This document shows positions 59,130 to 64,000 of a stretch of DNA of 64,000 bases, in pieces; the first letter of the stretch is position 1, and the number at the start of each line of letters is the position of its first letter. Both the position numbers and the translations under genes were made by a program. The DNA is taken from positions 2,649 through 66,648 of the forward strand of contig JAIORP010000168.1 in assembly GCA_021108075.1 (NCBI GenBank), read 5' to 3'. Source of the DNA: Candidatus Omnitrophota bacterium (GTDB lineage: Bacteria; Omnitrophota; Gorgyraeia; Zapsychrales; Zapsychraceae). The notes below the pieces were generated by a model. The model was not told where the DNA came from, searched no databases, and saw only the letters and a program-made list of their open reading frames with translations.

Positions 59130-61448
59130 ATGAGAATGAAATGGAAAAATATTATATTACCTCTTGGGGCTACTCTCCTTCTTGCGCTCGGAACGCTGAT
59201 CTATTTTCTTGTCGCCCGTCAACAATTCGTAAAGTGTTATACCTCTGATGTGATCTTTTTATTTATGGGCATTATCCGGCAAGGGTTCTCTTTACCTTTT
59301 GAGCGGTTCGGCCAATTAATAGCGTTGTTTCTCCTGGGGCTGAACACCCTATTAATTCTATGTTTCGTTTATATCTATAAATCTGAATTCGCCAAAAAAC
59401 ATTTCAAAATTTTGACATTGATCAGTATGATCATTCATCTATCCTATCAAACACTTTACCTCCATTCAAACCTGGCCTGGATTGCGTTTGGGGTTCTGCT
59501 CCTGCTCATTATTTTTGAACACCTCCTCAAAGGAACCGGCCCTTTAAACAGGCCATTCTATCTCGATGCCGTCAACAGGTCAACGTCTGTCCGCCTTCTC
59601 AGCCTGGTCCTGATAACCGCCTTGCCGTTCTTTTACAAATTTCCTGTGACCAGGTTCAATCAACTGATCTTTCAAGACGACTACCCAAAATACTTATATT
59701 TTGCCAGATATCATTTAAACATCCTGAAAAATGGAGCTCTTTTCGGATGGAACGATCAATTTTCCGGAGGGTTCCCAAGCTTTCTGGACCTAAGATTACT
59801 CAGCCTGCCCTTTCTGCCTTTTTCTTTCTTCGGCGATAACATCGGTTTTCATCTAATGATCACGGCATTCTACCTGACGCTTCCCCTTCTCATTTATGCG
59901 CTGACGATTCAAATAAATAATGATAAAACAACCGCCTTTATCAATGGCCTCGTTTGTGGTTTTGCCCAGATGGCCTATTTCGGAGACATGCTGGAATGGG
60001 GCATGCTGCCTGGATTTATTTCGATTTGGCTCATGGTGCTTTCCCTTATATTTATTGAACGCTTTTATCAAGACAAAGCGTTCAGCCTTTTTTATCTCAG
60101 CCTCACCTTAGGATTAATGTTTTATATTCATTTTATATCACTCGCTTCGACGGTGTGCCTGTTATTTTTTAGAACGCTAGCCCAAACATTCCTGTTAAAA
60201 AAAAGAGTATCCGCAAAAAAATTACTATTCATGTGCCTATTCGTCACACTCATTGTCTTACCTTTTCTCCTACCCATGATCCGATACAATCGTTTTATTA
60301 TTCCAACATCAAACTTTTTTGATCAAAGTGACAGTGGGTCCTTAATCTTCCATTTTTCCGATATGTTGCGAACCTATCTCATCCTGCCGGTATGGCTGCT
60401 CGATACCCCCCACTACAGAAGCCTTTGGATGATTCTCCCGCTGGCCATCATGCTTTTCTTTCGCGATGAGCGGGCAAAAAAAAACGCCATATATTTATTT
60501 ATCATTCTGATCATCGCTTTTGGAGGACCCTTCTTCAATACACAATTCACGGCCCGGATTAAATTTATTGTGCCCATTTTTATTGCACTGATTGCGGGCG
60601 TTTGGATCGTCGATCCTTCCGGAAAATTTTCTTTGTCACGCTTCCTGATGATATTATTGGTCTGTTCCTTCATGCTCACAACAAATTCTTTGTCAAAACC
60701 TATCCGCCATATACCTCATATTGCTGATTTTAAACCGCATCTCATTCAAGAAATCACGCGAGCGAACGGACAGTTAATCTTACTTGAAAACACGGCAAAT
60801 CTTAATCCGTACAAGAACCTCTTTGAAGAACATGTTGAATCCGGCTATCCGCATTTTGAAGGAAGTCTTGCGTCGCACACGGAAAGACGCTTTTTATCCC
60901 ATTATGGTACCGATTCCTATCCGTATTTTATTTTTCGAGAAGGGCTGATCCTCTCTGGAGTGTCCAATGGCGACGATATCGCAAAAATCCATATTAAAGA
61001 TATGATCCGCATATTGGATAAATGGGGTATTCAAAATGTCGTGGTATTTAGCTCAAAGGCGAAAAATTATTTTTATAACGCCCATCCCTATTTTGATCGA
61101 ACGTTCCAAGACGAAGGCTTTGAAATGTTCACCTTAAAAGACCGCCAGTCCGGGGATGACAAAATAAAAACACAGACCCTGAACCCTTTTCACAAACAAA
61201 TCACACTTAAAAATATTGCGCGGGGTGAGACGATCACGCTGAAAACAAACTATTTTCCCGCCTGGAAGGCTTTTCATGGAAAGCATAAAGTTGAAGTATT
61301 CAATGATAACGGGCAACTGTCTTTTCTATCACCGACGGAAGGGAATGTAAAGATTGACCTTTATTTTCCCCGATACTATCCTTTGCTCATCATAAGCTTC
61401 GTAGCGATCTTAACGTTTTATATCCTATCCTGGAAAAAATGCTTTTAA
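59130..61448 (+). CDS. Large polytopic membrane protein (YfhO/GT-C-like), divergently transcribed from the rSAM island
   Basis: 772 aa. It has about 14 or more N-terminal TM helices, a soluble domain of about 230 aa and a final C-terminal TM helix. This architecture resembles the YfhO glycosylation proteins. Confidence 0.5.
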   Translation: MRMKWKNIILPLGATLLLALGTLIYFLVARQQFVKCYTSDVIFLFMGIIRQGFSLPFERFGQLIALFLLGLNTLLILCFVYIYKSEFAKKHFKILTLISMIIHLSYQTLYLHSNLAWIAFGVLLLLIIFEHLLKGTGPLNRPFYLDAVNRSTSVRLLSLVLITALPFFYKFPVTRFNQLIFQDDYPKYLYFARYHLNILKNGALFGWNDQFSGGFPSFLDLRLLSLPFLPFSFFGDNIGFHLMITAFYLTLPLLIYALTIQINNDKTTAFINGLVCGFAQMAYFGDMLEWGMLPGFISIWLMVLSLIFIERFYQDKAFSLFYLSLTLGLMFYIHFISLASTVCLLFFRTLAQTFLLKKRVSAKKLLFMCLFVTLIVLPFLLPMIRYNRFIIPTSNFFDQSDSGSLIFHFSDMLRTYLILPVWLLDTPHYRSLWMILPLAIMLFFRDERAKKNAIYLFIILIIAFGGPFFNTQFTARIKFIVPIFIALIAGVWIVDPSGKFSLSRFLMILLVCSFMLTTNSLSKPIRHIPHIADFKPHLIQEITRANGQLILLENTANLNPYKNLFEEHVESGYPHFEGSLASHTERRFLSHYGTDSYPYFIFREGLILSGVSNGDDIAKIHIKDMIRILDKWGIQNVVVFSSKAKNYFYNAHPYFDRTFQDEGFEMFTLKDRQSGDDKIKTQTLNPFHKQITLKNIARGETITLKTNYFPAWKAFHGKHKVEVFNDNGQLSFLSPTEGNVKIDLYFPRYYPLLIISFVAILTFYILSWKKCF

Positions 61449-61591
61449 TCCGAAACAATTCTTTTTTAACATTTTCCAACCAGGGTTCATATTGCAAATA
61501 CGGCAACAGGTTCGCGTCCCGTTCACGCAGGACAACAAAACATGCCTTCCGGCATGGATTCTGGAAAAAAATCTTGCGCGGGTGCCTCATT

Positions 61592-61695
61592 ATACCAATT
61601 CCATTAAATAATGATCAAAACCAATTCTGCTTTTCTCGACGACTTAGCGAGAATATCAAAATTAAAATAGAACAATTTATTAATGGATTTGGTAT
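61592..61695 (+). repeat. MITE-like element, long form, copy H
   Basis: ATACCAATTCCATTAAATAATGATCAAAACCAATTCTGCTTTTCTCGACGACTTAGCGAGAATATCAAAATTAAAATAGAACAATTTATTAATGGATTTGGTAT. Its terminal T is the first base of the TAA stop (minus strand) of the 61695..62804 gene. Confidence 0.8.
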
Positions 61696-62804
61696 TATTC
61701 TTTCAGTACGACGTCTGAGAATTGCAATTTATGAGAGAAGGGCACAAAGAAGAGAAGTCCTAAAAGGACAGGAACGATCTGGTGCACGAAAAACACCAAT
61801 AATCCCAATGCGAGTAGCGTTTCTTTCGGCGCGAAATGCGCCAAAAAAATAATATACGCCCCTTCCCGCACGCCAAAGCCCGATATGGATACAGGCAGTT
61901 GAGTCAGCAGCACCACCAATGGCATATACAAAAACAAGGCCCCGAGGGGGATCACCAGACCATAGGAACGCGCGAACACAAAGCAGATCAATAATTCAGA
62001 AATTTGATAACCCATGGACAAGACAAGCAAAAACAACAACTTTTTAAGCGACAAACCATGCCATAGGTCTATATTTTTTTTAAAGAGCTGAAATAACCGC
62101 GATTCTCTGGCAAAACAGAACAAAAAAAGAATTTTCTTCGCGGTTTCTTTTTTAAGGATAAACAGACACAAGGAAAACATCACAACCACACCCATGACCG
62201 CCATGATCATAAAATATTTCTGATAAATTATCAACTCTCCCTGCCGCATGCCATAAAGCAAACAACCGAGTGCGAAAAAAATTAAAATTGTAATCAGATG
62301 AATAATATTGGCAATCACATTGGACAATAAGCCTTCTATGAGGGGAACATGATGATACTTCTTCAAATAGTAGACTGAAAAAATCTCGGTATTCTTAACA
62401 GTAGGAATAAGTTTGTATGGCAGGCTCCCGCAACGGATAAACAGCGCATTCATATACGACATAGGATAGTTCATATACGCCAGTATTGTCTGCTTAATAA
62501 ACGCGCACAAAAAAATATTCAACAAGATGGAAATGGCTATACCTGTCAGCAGGGAGGCGCTCTTAACCCGGGAGATAAGCTGGAAAGTTTGTTGGAAGTC
62601 AACAACCGATTTCAAATAATAGAAAATGACACATGTGACAGCGAGAATAATGATGAAAGACAGAATAAGCCTTAAGAGGTGTCGATCAAAAAAATTTAAT
62701 AAAATTCTTTCATCTTTCATCATATTGAAATAAAGCCCACCAAAGAATAAATTTTGATGAAAAATATCATTCTTTGAACGGACGACCCCAGCGGCCCTCT
62801 CCAA
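61695..62804 (-). CDS. Flippase-like UPF0104 membrane protein (lysylphosphatidylglycerol-synthase TM-domain family)
   Basis: 369 aa with about 8 TM helices. It is encoded 1 bp downstream of a GT2 gene. Confidence 0.55.
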   Translation of the reverse strand: MERAAGVVRSKNDIFHQNLFFGGLYFNMMKDERILLNFFDRHLLRLILSFIIILAVTCVIFYYLKSVVDFQQTFQLISRVKSASLLTGIAISILLNIFLCAFIKQTILAYMNYPMSYMNALFIRCGSLPYKLIPTVKNTEIFSVYYLKKYHHVPLIEGLLSNVIANIIHLITILIFFALGCLLYGMRQGELIIYQKYFMIMAVMGVVVMFSLCLFILKKETAKKILFLFCFARESRLFQLFKKNIDLWHGLSLKKLLFLLVLSMGYQISELLICFVFARSYGLVIPLGALFLYMPLVVLLTQLPVSISGFGVREGAYIIFLAHFAPKETLLALGLLVFFVHQIVPVLLGLLFFVPFSHKLQFSDVVLKE

Positions 62805-62805
62805 G

Positions 62806-63561
62806 TTAAGTAATATTTTTAACGGCTTTTTTTTGTCGGGATGCCAAACGATATAAATCCCTCAGCGCTTCAATGATAACTTCCAGACTGGCGCCCGTTT
62901 GCTTTCCCTGCACGCGGGGGAAATGGGCAACGGGAACTTCCTTTATCCGGCACCCCTTTTCTCTGGCTTGAATAAAAAAATCCGTATAAAAAACACCTGC
63001 GTGACAGTCAAATTCATCAAAGTTAAAACGATCTTTTTTAAACAGTTTAAATCCGCAATTTATATCCTTCAAGCTTAAATCAAACAACCGGCAGGCAAAC
63101 CACGTATACATCTTCCCCAGTAATATACGGTACACGGAATCCCGGCGATGAGACCGATATCCCGTGATAATGTCATCGTCTTCGAGAAATGGCTGCATAT
63201 CTACGAGTGAAGAAATTTGAAATTGACCATCCGCGTCCATAAAAAGGATGGACGAATATTGAGCGATGTGAAGCCCTGAAAGAAGCGCCGCGCCATAGCC
63301 CTCATTTTCAGAATGCGTGACAACTTTTAACGATGGATAGCGTGCGGCAGCGTCTTTTAAAAATTGAGCGGTTTTATCGCGGCTCCCGTCATCAACAACA
63401 ATCACTTCATATCTTAAAAAAAATGTTTGTTTTGATAAATAATCATATGTGTCGCTTAATGTTTTACCTATAATATCCGCTAAATCATACGAGGGCAAAA
63501 CGACCGATATAGCATCTTTATTCATATTCTTCCTTTTTGAATCGGGCTCGACCGTAATCAA
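62806..63561 (-). CDS. Glycosyltransferase family 2 (polyprenol-phosphate sugar transferase, DPM1-like)
   Basis: It has VVLPSYD, VVDDGSRD and FMDADGQ (DxD) motifs. The true start is probably the internal MNKDAIS at about 63525. Confidence 0.8.
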   Translation of the reverse strand: MITVEPDSKRKNMNKDAISVVLPSYDLADIIGKTLSDTYDYLSKQTFFLRYEVIVVDDGSRDKTAQFLKDAAARYPSLKVVTHSENEGYGAALLSGLHIAQYSSILFMDADGQFQISSLVDMQPFLEDDDIITGYRSHRRDSVYRILLGKMYTWFACRLFDLSLKDINCGFKLFKKDRFNFDEFDCHAGVFYTDFFIQAREKGCRIKEVPVAHFPRVQGKQTGASLEVIIEALRDLYRLASRQKKAVKNIT

Positions 63562-63647
63562 CCGCTAACACCTGTTCCGCGACTCTTAAAAGGGCCCGAT
63601 AAAAGCCATTTCAATTCATTGAGATAAAATGCGTTTGGTTAAAACTC

Positions 63648-63751
63648 ATACCAAATCCATTAATGAATTGTTTTATTTCAATTCTGATATTCTTGCCTTA
63701 GCGTCGAAAAAAGCAGAATTGGTTTTGGTCATTATTTAATGGAATTGGTAT
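63648..63751 (-). repeat. MITE-like element, long form, copy I
   Basis: ATACCAAATCCATTAATGAATTGTTTTATTTCAATTCTGATATTCTTGCCTTAGCGTCGAAAAAAGCAGAATTGGTTTTGGTCATTATTTAATGGAATTGGTAT. Confidence 0.8.
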
Positions 63752-63753
63752 TA

Positions 63754-64000
63754 TTACGATTTTAAAGAAAAAACCCCCTTCAATAACCGAAAAAAGATAT
63801 CCGTATTGTGACAATAGAACGGCGCGTAACGATAAATGTGCTCCCATAAAAATCGGGGACTAAAAAATATCCGCCGGTATATCTTTACCCGCATGTCTTC
63901 GAGTTGACGGGTGCTCACAGCGCTCAAGGTCATTCGGGGAACAGTATAATGGTACATCGACAGCACTTCTTCATCTTTCAACGTGCTTTTCAATTGCTCA
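63754..64000 (-). CDS. Hypothetical protein, probably partial. The frame stays open to the window end.
   Basis: The ORF is open from 63754 to the window edge. The listed start is a TTG at 63993. I recognised no motifs. Confidence 0.25.
   Translation of the reverse strand, partial: EQLKSTLKDEEVLSMYHYTVPRMTLSAVSTRQLEDMRVKIYRRIFFSPRFLWEHIYRYAPFYCHNTDIFFRLLKGVFSLKS

Noticed and set aside
1-64000. Search for CRISPR arrays, rRNA and tRNA genes
   Set aside because: No evenly spaced direct repeats other than the dispersed MITE copies were seen. No tRNA T-loop (GTTCRANYC) in a cloverleaf context was found, and no rRNA-like conserved stretches were recognised in the few intergenic gaps longer than 150 bp.

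Overview
This is a 64 kb window of low-GC (roughly 40%) bacterial DNA. Coding density is very high and almost every gene is on the minus strand. Envelope genes such as an MCE/Mla-type ABC lipid transporter, LapA-like, TamB/AsmA-like and a DUF481 outer-membrane barrel suggest a diderm organism. I found no rRNA, tRNA or CRISPR array.

Order of content:
- A partial methyl-accepting chemotaxis protein, read off the window start.
- A TMTC/PMT-like GT-C glycosyltransferase with TPR repeats, then MscS and a DUF481 outer-membrane protein.
- A 1647-aa protein whose C-terminal third carries PEP-utilizing (Enzyme I/PpsA-like) phosphohistidine and TIM-barrel motifs behind an N-terminal signal anchor.
- A four-gene Mla/Pqi-like operon: STAS-MlaE fusion, MlaF, MCE, auxiliary lipoprotein.
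- GNAT, an EEP nuclease/phosphatase, a TPR lipoprotein, SSB, TrmO and a NifX-like protein.
- A long co-directional alpha-glucan/trehalose locus: TreY, GH57, TreZ, TreS-Mak fusion, GlgE, Cls, LapA-like, CorA, GlgX, then TamB-like and PfkA.
- A 1385-aa multi-PAS HisKA_3 histidine kinase with no response regulator nearby.
- An approximately 16 kb tightly packed minus-strand accessory island (42952-58926): two GT-C glycosyltransferases, three tandem paralogous small secreted Cys-rich peptides, a GT9, a QueC-like PP-loop ATPase, four B12-binding radical SAM enzymes, an SGNH hydrolase, a DUF5989-like mini-protein and a DUF362-ferredoxin. It is flanked by a divergent YfhO-like membrane protein and a GT2 plus flippase-like pair.

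The most striking non-genic feature is a family of 78 to 100 bp TA-flanked MITE-like elements with imperfect terminal inverted repeats and a central hairpin. There are six full copies and at least three fragment loci, almost all intergenic. One copy sits in-frame inside a GT-C gene and adds exactly 34 codons.

There is also a 34-bp perfect inverted repeat upstream of glgX. All annotations come from reading translations and motifs by eye; no database searches were run.
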